Source of the DNA: Narcine bancroftii
Taxonomy: Eukaryota
Assembly: GCF_036971445.1 (NCBI RefSeq)
Contig: NC_091472.1
Coordinates: 220,968,001-221,032,000 of the forward strand
DNA: 64,000 nucleotides
Direction of reading: 5' to 3'
Shown here: one piece after another, positions 11,601 to 24,653 of the stretch
Layout of the letters: the number at the start of each line of letters is the position of its first letter
Position numbering within the stretch: the stretch's first letter is position 1
The notes under the pieces: model-generated
Told to the model about the DNA's origin: nothing
Databases searched by the model: none
Seen by the model: only the letters and a program-made list of their open reading frames with translations
Position numbers and translations under genes: made by a program

Positions 11601-14600
11601 ATATTTACCAGGTTTGATTCATTTGGATCAGGCTGGATTTATTAAAATTTGTATTTGGCGGACAATATTGTGAAATTGATTTCTTTGATTAATATTTCCT
11701 AGGAGGAATCCATCCTACCAATGGTTATATCATTGGATGCAGAAAAGGCATTTGATAAAGAAGAATAGAGTTTTTTTTTTAAGTTTTGGAAAAATTTAAA
11801 TTTGGACCAATATTTATTGGTTGGATTAAGGCTTTATATAAAAATCCTGCTGCTAGAGCTGTGATGAACAGACAATTATCTTTGCCTTTTACATTGAATG
11901 GATCTACTAGACAGGGTGGCCCTTTGTCACCAGACCCTTTTGCATTAGTTATTGAACCTTTGGCTCAAATGATACGGCAAGATAATAATATTAAAGGTAT
12001 TAAAGTTAAGTCTGATGAATTTAAAATTAATTTATTTGCAGATGATGTTTTGATATATTTAACAGAATTCTTTAAAATGGTTACATGATAGGTTGGAATA
12101 GAATGGTGAAATATCAGGTTATAAAATTAATTTGGAAAAAAGTGAGATCATTCCATTAGCAGAGGTGGATTATACTTCTTGTAAACATATTGTTAAATTT
12201 AAATGGTCGGATCAGATTAAATATTTAGGTATTAAAGTAGTTAGCAACTTTAGTCATTTGTATGAATTCAATAACTTATCATTGTTTTATAAAATTATTT
12301 GAATTGATGGAAAGATTTACTGATTACATTAATAGTAAGAGTTAATTGTATTAAGATGAATATTTTTCCTAGGATTCAGTATTTTTTCAATCTATTTCTT
12401 GTAAGATTCCTCAAAATTTCTTTAAAGATTTGAATTCTATTGTGAGAAAGTTTCCATGGAAAGATAAAATGGTAAGGGTACCTTTACAAAAATTAACTTG
12501 GAAATATGAATTTAGAGGTTTACATCTTCTGAATTTTCAAAATTATTATAAAATGGCATGATTAAAATTGATTAATAGAATGTTTGATTGGAAAAGTCAT
12601 TGATGTGGGAAAATATTGAATTATCTCAAATTGGTGAGAAGATGGATAATTTTATTTATAAATGGAATTCCGTTATTGCCTATTATAATTCACCTATTTT
12701 GATACATTTAATGGAATTATGGAATAAATAAATGATGTAATAGGTACTCAAGGGAAAATTTCATGTAAAACATCTTTATATCAAAATAAGTTTTTTCCTT
12801 TTATGCTTAATAATAGTTTTTGAGATTATGGGATCAAAAAGGAATTAAATTTGTACAAGATTATTATGAAGCAGGTTATTATGTTTATTTTAAAATAATG
12901 AAAGAAAAATATGAAATATCTTCAAATTGTAGCGGCTACTACGGTAGATGCTACTAAATAAAGGCAAACACACACAAAGGGAGTCAACTCAAGACTGGTT
13001 TATTGCAGACATACACAGACCTTTTATTCCCTGCCTGTTAATTAGCTCATTAATGAACAGCTGTTTGTCCACAGTTAAAAAAAATTTAACTTGGAAATAT
13101 GAATTAAGAGGTTTACATCTTCTGAATTTTCACAATTATTATAAAACAGTTCGCAATACTGCGCTGTGAACCCACTACAAAATACTCTTTTTTTGTTATT
13201 ATCGAAGTAAAGCTTTATTATTGGATAATTTTGGACATGCTTTACGGTGACCTAGAAAATTTAAATTTGAAATTTTGCTTATAGATGGTGGGACGAAAGG
13301 ATTTATATCAGTAATGTATTCATTATTTCAGAATAAAATGCCTGTTAGATTTGCATAAATCTAGGTTAAAATAGGAAAAAGGTTTAGGAATGGTTATTAA
13401 TCAAGATGATTGGAGAAATTTACGTAAAGATAGTATGACTAGAATTGTTAATGTGAGATATTGGTTAGTTTATTATACATCAATTATATTTAATTTCAGG
13501 AAAATTAAAGAGATAGTTTAATTTCTTCAGATTTATGTTTTCAATGTCAAAAGGAAGTAGGTTCTTTTTTACATTCTACTTGGTCATGTGATATGGTAAA
13601 ACATTTTTGGAAGTCACTTAAGGATTTTTAAAGTGAAATTTACATTAGTATTTATGTTAGGTAATATTAAGAAACTGAGTTTAGAATTAAGATTAACTAG
13701 ATTTCAAATTGTTTTTTTGAGATTGGCATTGGCTGTAGCCAGAAAATGTTTAGCAATTACTTGGAAAAATTAGACTGATTTGAGTATATATAGATGGTAT
13801 GTGGAATTGAGATCTTGTATTCCATTGGAAAGAATAACATATAATTTACGTGATAACTTTTTTTTTATTGTAAAACTTGGAGCCCTTATTTGGATGATAT
13901 GGCTTTAAAATTTTGAATTCTCCAACCACATAATTGCAGTGTTACTGAAATCCATGTCAATTAATTAATTAATTAAGTTTGATATTATGGTTTACATCTC
14001 CCCCTTTCTATCTTTTTTTTCCTTTATGGGGGATAGATTAATATATACCATGATTTTTTGGATTATATGTATTAATTGTAGTAATTGGTTTTTTAAATGT
14101 ATGCATCATGGTTTATATGGCCACACTCTCATCACCCACCTCCCAACAGTCCCACACATGAGATCACACACCACTAGATTCAAGGACAGTTTCTTTCAGA
14201 CTCCTCAATCAACTCCACAATAAGATTCTGCTGCATTTGCTCTGTCTCAACTGGCCTTTTCCTGTAACTCTGCAATTCTGCACTGTCTAACTTGTTGTAC
14301 TATTTATGGGATGTCTACTGGTCTGCTCACAAAGCAACCTCTGTAACTGCAAATATGTGAACTTGAAGCTGGCACTTAGGAGTTCCTATGTGCTAAACAG
14401 CAGATACACTTTCTACTACACTGAGTTGAACAATCTCATGGCTCCTACCCCAGCCAGTGAATTGAGGTGACCTTAATCCTTAATGCAGTTGGTGGGAAGA
14501 CCATCCCCATCAACCCGTATTCAGCCAATAGTACCTGTATAGGTGATCTATTGTGGCTACTTCTTGAGAATCCTCGGCAAGTTCAAGCCTCTTCATATGA

Positions 14601-17600
14601 TATGGGTCAATGGCTGAGAGCACTGGATACAGGAAAGGCCATGGAACAAGACCACATCCCAGTGAAACATAGAAGACCTGCATTCTACCACTTGTTGCCT
14701 TGTTGTTCCACTACAGCTACACACAGGGATCCAAACACAGGCTGAAGAATGAATTCTAAAGGCCAGGTGGGAGTGATTGTCCATGTTGTCAAACAGTATG
14801 TAACCAGATCTAGCATCAAGGCATGCTGGGAAGACTGGTCAATGGCCATCAAGGCCAAGTCCCACTTCACACAGGAAGATAGCTGTGGTTGCTGGTGGTG
14901 AATGATCCCAGCTCCAACATATCCCTGGGGGGTGGGGGTCCTCAGGAACCATGTCCTTGCCACCTTCAGTTGCTTCACTAACAATCTTGCTTCCATCATA
15001 AGGACAGAAGAGATTTCCTGTTATTTGCAAAATGCTCAGTTCCATTCACAATCATCAGTGAATGAAATAACCCACACCCACAAACAGAAGAAAGGATGGG
15101 GGCTTCGAGAGGACACATGACATTTGTGGGAGAAAGTGTCAGGCAATGTCCATCTTCTATTGGTGATGAGTTTAAATCCTGGAACTACTCCTCTGAGAAG
15201 AGGTGGTAGTACAGTTCCTGTTGGTCAGCTTGTCAAACTTATGTGGCCACATGTCTCACATGTGTTAAAGTCTGGCCGCACTGAAATAGAAAACCACAGC
15301 AGAACCACAGATAATTCAACCCATTTTATTCACAATGGTTACACAATTATTACGCCAGTGGGAACAAGGGATACAAGACATGTGTTCAACTTTGACTCTC
15401 ATTCTGTATTGAACCTTGTTCAAATTACAGGCAGCAAGGGTACCCTTTTTAAACCATATTTCTGCATTTTTGGCAGGACATAACATTACAGGTAAGTTAC
15501 CACATGCCTTGTTTGATTGGTTTTCCCATACAAATACAAATGGATGGAACTGATTTATGTCCATACAGAGAGGAAATGGGGAACGATCAGTCTTACACAT
15601 GTTATCCCTTATCCCTCAGAGTTTCTTGAGTCTCTCAAGTTACTTGTAAGTTACATCGGGTTGCATTGTTCATTGGCTTAGTTTCGAGGTTAATAAGATG
15701 TTAATTTGTCCCATTAGAAGAATGATTCTGTTCCTGTTTGTCCATTGCGGCAAAAAGTATCCTGACATTCCTCGTGTGATCTCTGGTAGTGTAGTGTCAA
15801 TTCTGTCTCCACCTAACAATGTGTCGATTTTAAATAATTAGTTCAACAGGACATAATTTAACATATGAATGATTTCTCCAGCAACTGTGTTGGATTCAAT
15901 GGGACACAAATAACATTGTGGCAGCATGTAACCTTTGCAGACCTGTATGATTTTGGATTTATTTCTAACCTCTATGTTAGGATATTTATATCCTTATAAA
16001 TTTTTACATGTGTAGTTTACTGGCCTACTGAGCATCTAGGGGAGCACCTTCGCCAGTGAACTGCAGCAGTGACTCCACATCACCACTTCAAGGGCAATTC
16101 GGCAGGGACGAACAATAAATATGTCCAGATCTCAAGAAACTGATAATGGCCATGAGTCTGTCAACACAAAGAGGTTTGCTTATGGTCGGTCTCTGTGGCC
16201 TCTTTGTGTCTAGTCAAGAGCTGTGAAGTGACTAATATTTGGTTACAAGTAAAACGTGAAAGTCTGCAGGAACTGTGATTGAAGTAAAACCATAATGCTG
16301 TCAAGCCTCAGCAGGTCAAACATTGTACTTTATGTAGGAAAGATAAAGATAAGCCCACGTTTTGGGCTTGATCCCTTCAATCAAGGTACAAGCAAAATGT
16401 GGGCGGGCACATGATCAAAATGTTGGGGGGAGGGGCAGTGGGAGGAACACAGTCCTGCAGGGCAGGAGATAATAGGTGGATAAGGGATGGCGAGCGCACC
16501 AGCAAACAGAAGGAGGGGGGATGGCTCTGTGAATGGAGATTGTTTCGCTGTGCACCTTTGCTCTGTCCGCATCAGTGACAGGGATCTCCCAATGGCCAAC
16601 TATTTCAATTCTGCTCCCCACTCCAACACTGACATGTCTGTCCATGGCTTCATATACAGTCAAACCAAGACCACCTGTAAATTGGAGGAACAACACCCAA
16701 TGTTCTGACTGGGCTCTCTCCAACCTGATGGCATTAACATCAATTTCTCTGGTTTCTGCTCGACTACTCCCTGTTTTCACTCCCTTCCCTATCCCTTTGT
16801 CTCCTTTCCACCAGCTCTCAACCTCCTTCCCTCTCCATTCACAGAGCAATCCCCTCTTCCCCTGTTTGCTCGTGTGCCCTCCCTCCCTTATCCACCTCTG
16901 ACCTCCTTCCTTGGGCTTGTGTGCTCCTCCCCTGCCCCTCCCCCCTACATTTTTGTTCAGGTGCCTGGCAACATTTTGCTCATATCTTGATGAAGGCCTC
17001 AAGCCTGAAACGTTGGTTATGTACCTTTATCTGTTTGACCTGCTGAGTTTCTCCAGCACTGTGTTTTCACATTTGGTTAGACCACTATCGTGTCACACTA
17101 GCTGTCTATCAGATCTACTGTTATTATCATCCTTAGTAGCTGCTGGTTTTCAGATGGCAGAAATGATTCTGGTCTTATCTGCTCTTTCTCAATCTTTTGT
17201 TTTAATGCCCCACCACCTTTCACCTTCATTCTTTCCACTATTTCCAATGGTTTGGACTGGACTCTGTGTGGCTACAGAAGCATATCTATGGACACAGTGA
17301 CTCTGGGGGGGTGGGGGGGGGGGGAGGGTTCTCTCTTTTGCTTCTCTTTCTCTGACTGTAAGAGACGCTTCAGGCAATTTCTGCCAATGACAAAACTGTC
17401 TGCCTTAAAGCAGGCAAAAGCAATTTCATGTAATATGCAGTTTTATTACATGACAATAAATTGTATCTTGAATCTTGTATTTAGTAGCTCCTATCTTCCA
17501 CTAAATGACACTTTCCTCTTTCACCTTCCCTCTTCTTGCCCCTTGCCTTGCTCCTTGTTTAAAACCTGATCTGGAATAAGAAGCAGGATGCACTTGGCAG

Positions 17601-20600
17601 GTCAACCAGCATGTGTCAACAGTTCAGGTTTCTAACAGAAAAGATGAAAAGATGTTTCAGATACTGTGGAAAGTGGAAAAGGAAATGTAAATGAGAATAC
17701 AAGCTCAGAGAAAGGAAGGACTGTGGGAGAGATGATGGTGCAGACAAATCATAACAGGTTTAATTTTGACATTTAAGAAAAATGTGGACAGGTACATGGA
17801 CTGGGGGGGTATGGGTGCAGGTCAGAGGGACTAGACAGCACAGGCTAGAACAGCTGAAGGACCTGTTTCTGTACTGTAGTGTTCTATGGTTTCACAAAAC
17901 CTGATTTGGAGAACCAAGAAATTGTTGGAGCAGAATTACTATCTGAACTTTCAGGAGAAAATCTTTGTGGTAAAGAGATAAAGGATGCTGGGAATGTTCA
18001 TTATTTGACATCATGAGAAGATGTTGAATCTGCGATGTGACCCGTTAAAAGAAGAGGTTCCTTTCCTTGAGATTAGGTGGAACCAAGAGAACAACAGAAA
18101 CAAGAGAGATCAGGACAGGAGTGTGGGAGCCAAGGGGAACTGAGAGCACAGTTTGGGTTGGATGTATATCTTGTTGAAATATGTGAGTAGGGTCACGTCA
18201 GACCGTGCTAACCCAATTCAGTTTGACTCCATCAGTGGTGACAGCCTCATTAGTTAGACCCTCAGCAGGGAACAGGCAAGGAACTTGGCCAGAGTCTGGA
18301 GTGCCCTTCCATTACAAGATGCCCTTACCACTTTCACAGTTTCCAGCTTCTTGGTCCATTTTGACCATGGACATGCAATCCCTTCACTCCTCCATCCCAC
18401 ATCAGGATGATCTGAGGGACTTAGATTCTTATATAATCACCAATCGCATCATCACCCTCTTCCCCCTGACTGAATCTCTCCTTTACTTGCCTGCTCCAGA
18501 AACTCATACACTTTATATATATCTCTCTCTCTTTTGTATGTCTTTCTATTTCCATTTCTTGACTGATCATCTGTGATCAACAATCTTTCACCATCCTGGT
18601 CCACCCTAGTACAGACATTCCTTTGGTTCTATCCACACTTTCCCCTTCTCTGGAATTTAAAACACATTCAGTTTTAATTTTTTGGAGTTCTGGTGAGAGG
18701 TCATTGACTAAAAATGTTAACTCTGTTTCCAATTCTTCACAGATGCTGTTTGATCTACCAAATATTCCCAGTTTTCATTCTAGATTTGTTTCACAATCAG
18801 CCTAAACCATGATTGATAGAATATGCAGTTTTCCCTACACTGTCCCACGACAAATTCTCAGGGTCATGGGTATCAAGGGTGGCACAGTTGGTGTAGCGGT
18901 TAGCGCAAACTCCTTTACAGTGCCAGCGATCGGAACTGGAGTTTGAATCCTGCGCTGTCTGTAATGAGTTTGTACATTTTCCCCATGTCTGTGTGGGTTT
19001 TCACCGGGGGTTCCAGTTTCCTCCCACCATTTGAAATGTACTGGGGGTGTAGATTCATTGGGTGTAAACTTGGCGGCACAGACTTGTATGTCAAAATGGC
19101 CTGTTACTGTGCTTCATGTCTAAATTTAAATTTAAGGGTTAGACACAAAGTGAAGCTGCCTCTTCACTGTCCTATTTAGCATTCCCAGGGCAGGCACAGA
19201 GTGGAACTTCCTCAACAAAGAAGTTAACACTGGTTAAATGCAGGCAAAAGCTTCCTCTGCATCTTTGTCTAATGTCACCTCTGCTTATGCAATAGGAAAC
19301 AGGTTACCTACCAGGTGGGTGAAATATTACTTCCTGAGGTACCAGGAAGTTCAAGGTATTCACTTCACAATGGTCTCTCACAGGCGACCAGCTGTAAACA
19401 AATCTCTCTTAGTGCTTTGAGGCCTCCTTTTCTTATGAATTAACTTATGATATTGTTTTCTTTACTCCAACAATCTCATCCACTCTCCAGCACAAGCAAT
19501 GAGCATTATCCAACCCAGAATGATCATCGCTGAGAGGAGCAATGTCACTCTTAAATGTATGTACAACATCACGGGAGACGGAGAAGCTCAGACGCTCAGG
19601 GTCTCTGTTTACAGAAGGAAGGTGGAGAAGAGCAACGAAGTCTGTTCTGCCTCCTTCAACTACAGCATGGAGTTCTTTGAGAGGTCGGATCTTCTGCCCT
19701 GCAAGGGTTATCTGGGGAAGGACAGCATCTCAATCAGGTTTACCAGCATGAACTTGTCTCACATTGACCAGTACTTCTGCAAAGTTGAGAAAATGTCTCC
19801 TCTGCCTTACACCGAGGGCATTGGGATTGGGACCTGGATCTTCATCAAGCCAGATGTAATTAGTGAGTACCAGAATCTGAAACACCCCTTTCTGCAGATC
19901 TTGCAGCATCCGTAAAGCCTGCTACCTGAATGTAACCCCCAATGGTTTGCTTTTAGCCATGTGGCAGGGAATGGATAAACACAAAAGGGAAGGCTGGTAA
20001 AATGGCATGGGAAGAATGATTAAATGGCAAATATGTGGAGATCATTTATCAAAAACATTTGTACTCAAGTAGGAGAATGGAGAGGTGAAAACAGAAACTT
20101 TTGTGAGGTGAAGGCAAAAGGGCCCTGTTCAAAATGCTTATGAAACTCCCTTCCAGAGGGAGGATGATTGACAGAGTGAAGGATAAAGGGCTGGAATGAA
20201 AAATGTCAACAGAGAACAGAAGACCAGAGGAGAGGAAGAATGGGGTAAAAGAAAAGGACCATGTTAAAGAGGGTGATGGATGAGCAAAGATTTTGCAAGA
20301 TAGGCCAAGAGGAGAGAGGAAGATGAGGGCTGAATGAATGAAGCACTGCTTATCCTGTCCTATCCTGGGCTGCCTGCTGTGCTCTCACTTTTCCAATGGC
20401 CCTGTGTTCTCTGCCCCATGGCCTGTTCTTTCCTCTCCAAGCTTCTCAAAAGTGAATGGTCTTAGGACAGGAAGGGCACGGAAAGGCCAGCTCATTCTGT
20501 GCTGACTAGAGCTGATCTCCTTTCCACTGGCTCCCAGATTTCTTTTTTTCCTGTTCTGGTCCTGAATTAACCTCCGCCATGTTGCCAATTGTACATCCCA

Positions 20601-23600
20601 GATCTCAACTACCTGGCACGAATAACTTCTCTTCCCATTACCTGAAAGAAGCATTCCAGGGCTATACATCTTTGACACTGGATATAGCAGTTGAGAACAG
20701 AATTAATGGGAATGGTGAGAGGCAACATAGACTCAATGAGCCAAACAGCTTCCTTCTACATCTAAAGGAAATACTACAACATAACTAATCGAATACAGAT
20801 ATTCATGGTTTGTACAGTTTCCATCAGGCCAAAAGTCAGGGTGCTACAAAAAGCCGACTTCCCCTGAAGCAGGTGTGGTTTGGCTCACAGATCACCCCCA
20901 ACTGACCCTTGCTCAACCACGCATCAGTGACTGTATCAGGGTCAACGGCAAAACTTCTCGGGGCAAAACAGACACCTGCCTACATTAACCACTCACCTCA
21001 ACTGTAACGAAAATTCTTACAGATGGGTGCAAGTCTGGTCGAGGAGCAGGTGGCCACTGAGCAGAAGAGTTGAAACCTGCCCAGTGATTCGTTGAAGTTA
21101 TTATCTGGCTGTGCATATACAACCTGATAAAACAATGTCTCTCTTCGTACCACAGTAGACACACAGAAACATACACAGTACATAAANNNNNNNNNNNNNN
21201 NNNNNNNNNNNNNNNNNNNNNNNNNNNNNNNNNNNNNNNNNNNNNNNNNNNNNNNNNNNNNNNNNNNNNNNNNNNNNNNNNNNNNNNNNNNNNNNNNNNN
21301 NNNNNNNNNNNNNNGTCATGGATACAGTACATTGTTTATCATTCTCGGTCTGCCAAGCTGGGGAATAGATTCTTCCCACAGGCTGTCCTGATTTTGATGC
21401 TCTGATGCCTCTTTTTTGATAGTAGTGGCTTGAAGATGCTGTGCTCTGGATGGAAAGGATCTTCTACAATTCCTTGAGCTCTATTTAAGCAATGCTCCCA
21501 GAAAATATCATCTATTGAGGAAAGGGAGACCCCAGTGATCCTCTTGGCTGTTTTAATGATCCTCTGTATGGACTTCCAGTCTGATGCTTTGCAGCTTCCA
21601 GACCATTGCATACAGATGACTGGTATTCCTGACCCCTGGCCCATTTCTCTTTTTCATCTTCTTATCCACGTTTTATCCCTGCTCCCTGTGTGTCCACAAA
21701 GCTGTTTTCCTGCTCACTGCTTAACTTATCCTGTGCTCTTTATTTTCTGGAGCTGAGTGTGCAAGTAGGAAAATGTGCTAATCTTCTCCTGTCACTTCCA
21801 GAAGAGAAGCAGTGTCCTCGGGTCACTCTGGCAACATTTATCATCCTAGCACTCACGGGCGTCTTCCTGATTTACAGTGTCATCATCACCTACCTGCACT
21901 GGGTAAGAATCACATGGGAGAGGGAATGGAAATGCTGTTATAACTATGGTTTTCCTATGAGTAGTTTTATAAAGTTACCAGTGCATGGGACATTTTTGTG
22001 CAGATCACCAGGTGTAGTTTACCAAGTGCCCAATACAGCTTACTGAATTTTATGCCACACAGGTTACATGGACAATGAATGCAGGTTGCCCCTTAACAAG
22101 TACAACTAATTTTGGACCATACACAGGTGACTGATCGAGGTGAACAGATATTTTGAATATGCAGTACAGGTTAGCTATAGAGTTTTGTGCAAATTACTGA
22201 GTACAGATCATGAGTAGCTATATGTTACTTTGTTATAGGATATAATGCACCAGTTGTTCAATACCAAATGGGGGTTATCAGGAACAAGTAATCAAGTACA
22301 AGTCTACTCCTGTTCCATTGTTCATGATGAATCAGTTTCCAGATTCTGTTCACAAACACACTAAAAGACATGTTGCACCAAAAGTGCCATTTCCCCTTCG
22401 GTAGATGTGGGTTGGCTCATAATTATCAGGGGATTCCTGCTTCAACACTCTCCAGTCGAGGAAGGGGTCAAGTGTGATGCCTCCCATCGCGGTGCAGCTT
22501 GGATGATTTTGCCCTACTCTGTACTGGTTGGGGAAATGTTGGGATCAGGGATGCTGGTCGACCAATGAGTAAACTTCAACGTGAAAGAACTGGAAAGGAA
22601 TGAGATGGGGAGACTCTGTATTGGAGGATTTAAACCATGCTTTCGCTCCTGCAAGGCTGAGAATCAGTAACCTGCTTGAGACTCAGCAGACATAAGCTAA
22701 ATTCCACCATGGGGCCCAGAGATGCAGTTATCTGACAAAAAGACATCTGTGTACCAAGAACATTTAATCTTCCTGCTTGTTTTGGTCACAGTCTTTCAGG
22801 CAGAGACCTAACCTTGACGCAAAATAAACCATTGTATTCAAAGTGATAAGCTAGAAAGTTGTGTTATTCGATAGAAGCCTAGGCATGCTAGCTTGCTCGC
22901 TTATCTTTCTTTTTCTGCTGGGAATAGGTGCTTGAGTAAGTAGTTTTGGGTAATATAAGCCATGGTCCCACTGCTGAAGTTTGTGATTCTCCGAGAGGTG
23001 GCAACATCTCTCAGCAAGAAGAAGAACTTCTAGAGTCCAGCCAAGGTCCTGGTCGGGGGAGGTGGAGAAGCTGCTATCTGCACCCCGACAAGTGTGCAGT
23101 CGTTGCCTCGCCTCGGCAGTTGGGACCAGTTCAGGGGTTGATAAGTATAATTGGCTTGCATATTGTAGTTTGATATCAGCTTTAGAATTTGTAATAAAGA
23201 TTTGTATAAACTGAAGTGCTCTCGGCATGTGTGTCTATTTTCTTTCGGTAGCTCAAACACTGTGACCAATCTAAAACGAACAAAGTGAGAGGTACAAGTT
23301 TACCCAGAACAAAAAGAAAGATAAGCGAGCAAGCTAGCATACCTAGGCTTCTATCGAATAACACAACTTTCTAGCTTATCACTTTGAATACAATGGTTTA
23401 TTTTGTGTCAAGGTTAGGTCTCTGCCTGAAAGACTGACCAAAACAAGCAGGAAGATTAAATGTCCTTGGTACATAGATGTCTTTTTGTCAGATAACTGCA
23501 TCTCTGGGCCCCACGGTGGAATTTAGCTTATGCCTGCTGAGTCTCAAGCAGGTTACTGATTCTCAGCCTTGCAGGAGCGAAAGCATGGTTTAAATCCTCC

Positions 23601-24583
23601 AATACAGACTCCAAATGCACTGAATTCATGGCCCAAGGCTACTGAAAGACCAAGACATGGTTAGTTCCAGGGGACTAAGATCAGACCTTCACCTGCATGT
23701 TACAATAGGGAGATGAGTGGAGCTGAGCCAGGGGACACTGAGACGAGAACATACAACGTGAGGACGGAAATGGAGTTGCTCAGGCACCAGAACCAATCAA
23801 TAGACCTTCTTGCCCCAGAGTGTGCACTTCCTCACTGCAAATAGTCCCAGTACTGTAGTAAACCATTGTCACACTATGATTGGCTGCTGCTGGCTGGACA
23901 TGCCTCCCAAGACCAATCCTACCCATAGCCCTTTGCCTGCTCCCTATTTCTCTCTGCCTTGATCAGTCAATGAGGTTGACAGTTGTTCCAGTCTATAATT
24001 AGTAAAAGCCTATCAGTTTCACAACTCCAGTCTTTTGTGATTATTGGTGCATCAGGTACAATGAGGAAACACAATCTGCACGAAGAGGGGCTTCATCCAA
24101 AAGCAAAACGATATCCAAATGATAAAACAAGGACCACCACATTCTTCCCTTTCAAATGGGTCAAACACACACACACACACACACACACACATACCAAAGA
24201 AAAAGGCAGAGAAAGAGAGAGAGAGAGAGATTGGCAAAGTGAGACTGAGAGAAATGGAGAGAGAGGGGGATGGAACAAGCAAGAGAGAAAGAGAGAGTGA
24301 GAGGCAGGGAGAGTGAAAGAGAGGGGAGAGGTGTGTGTGAGAGGATAGAGAGCAGCAAACAATCACGACATGAATACAAACACAAACAAGTGTATATTCA
24401 CATACACATTTATACACACACACATTCAAACACAGTTACACATGCATGCATGCACAAACGTACAGTTATGCAGACACATACCCAGTTACACACACAGATA
24501 TATACACCAGTTTACACGCACACAATCACACACACACACAGATACATACAGTTACATACACATAGACACAGATCCATACAGTT

Positions 24584-24653
<70 letters not shown>

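Noticed and set aside
18878-18960. tRNA gene
   Set aside because: The A and B boxes belong to a SINE head followed by the SINE core and tail. I saw no intact cloverleaf.
19856-19861. Alternative exon-2 donor GAT|GTAATT
   Set aside because: It is phase 0 and would not match the phase-1 acceptor at 21802. GTGAGT at 19863 is stronger and in phase.
19499-19915. Single-exon 138-aa ORF as a standalone gene
   Set aside because: It is the IgV exon. It has no signal peptide, and clear splice sites lie at 19490 and 19863.
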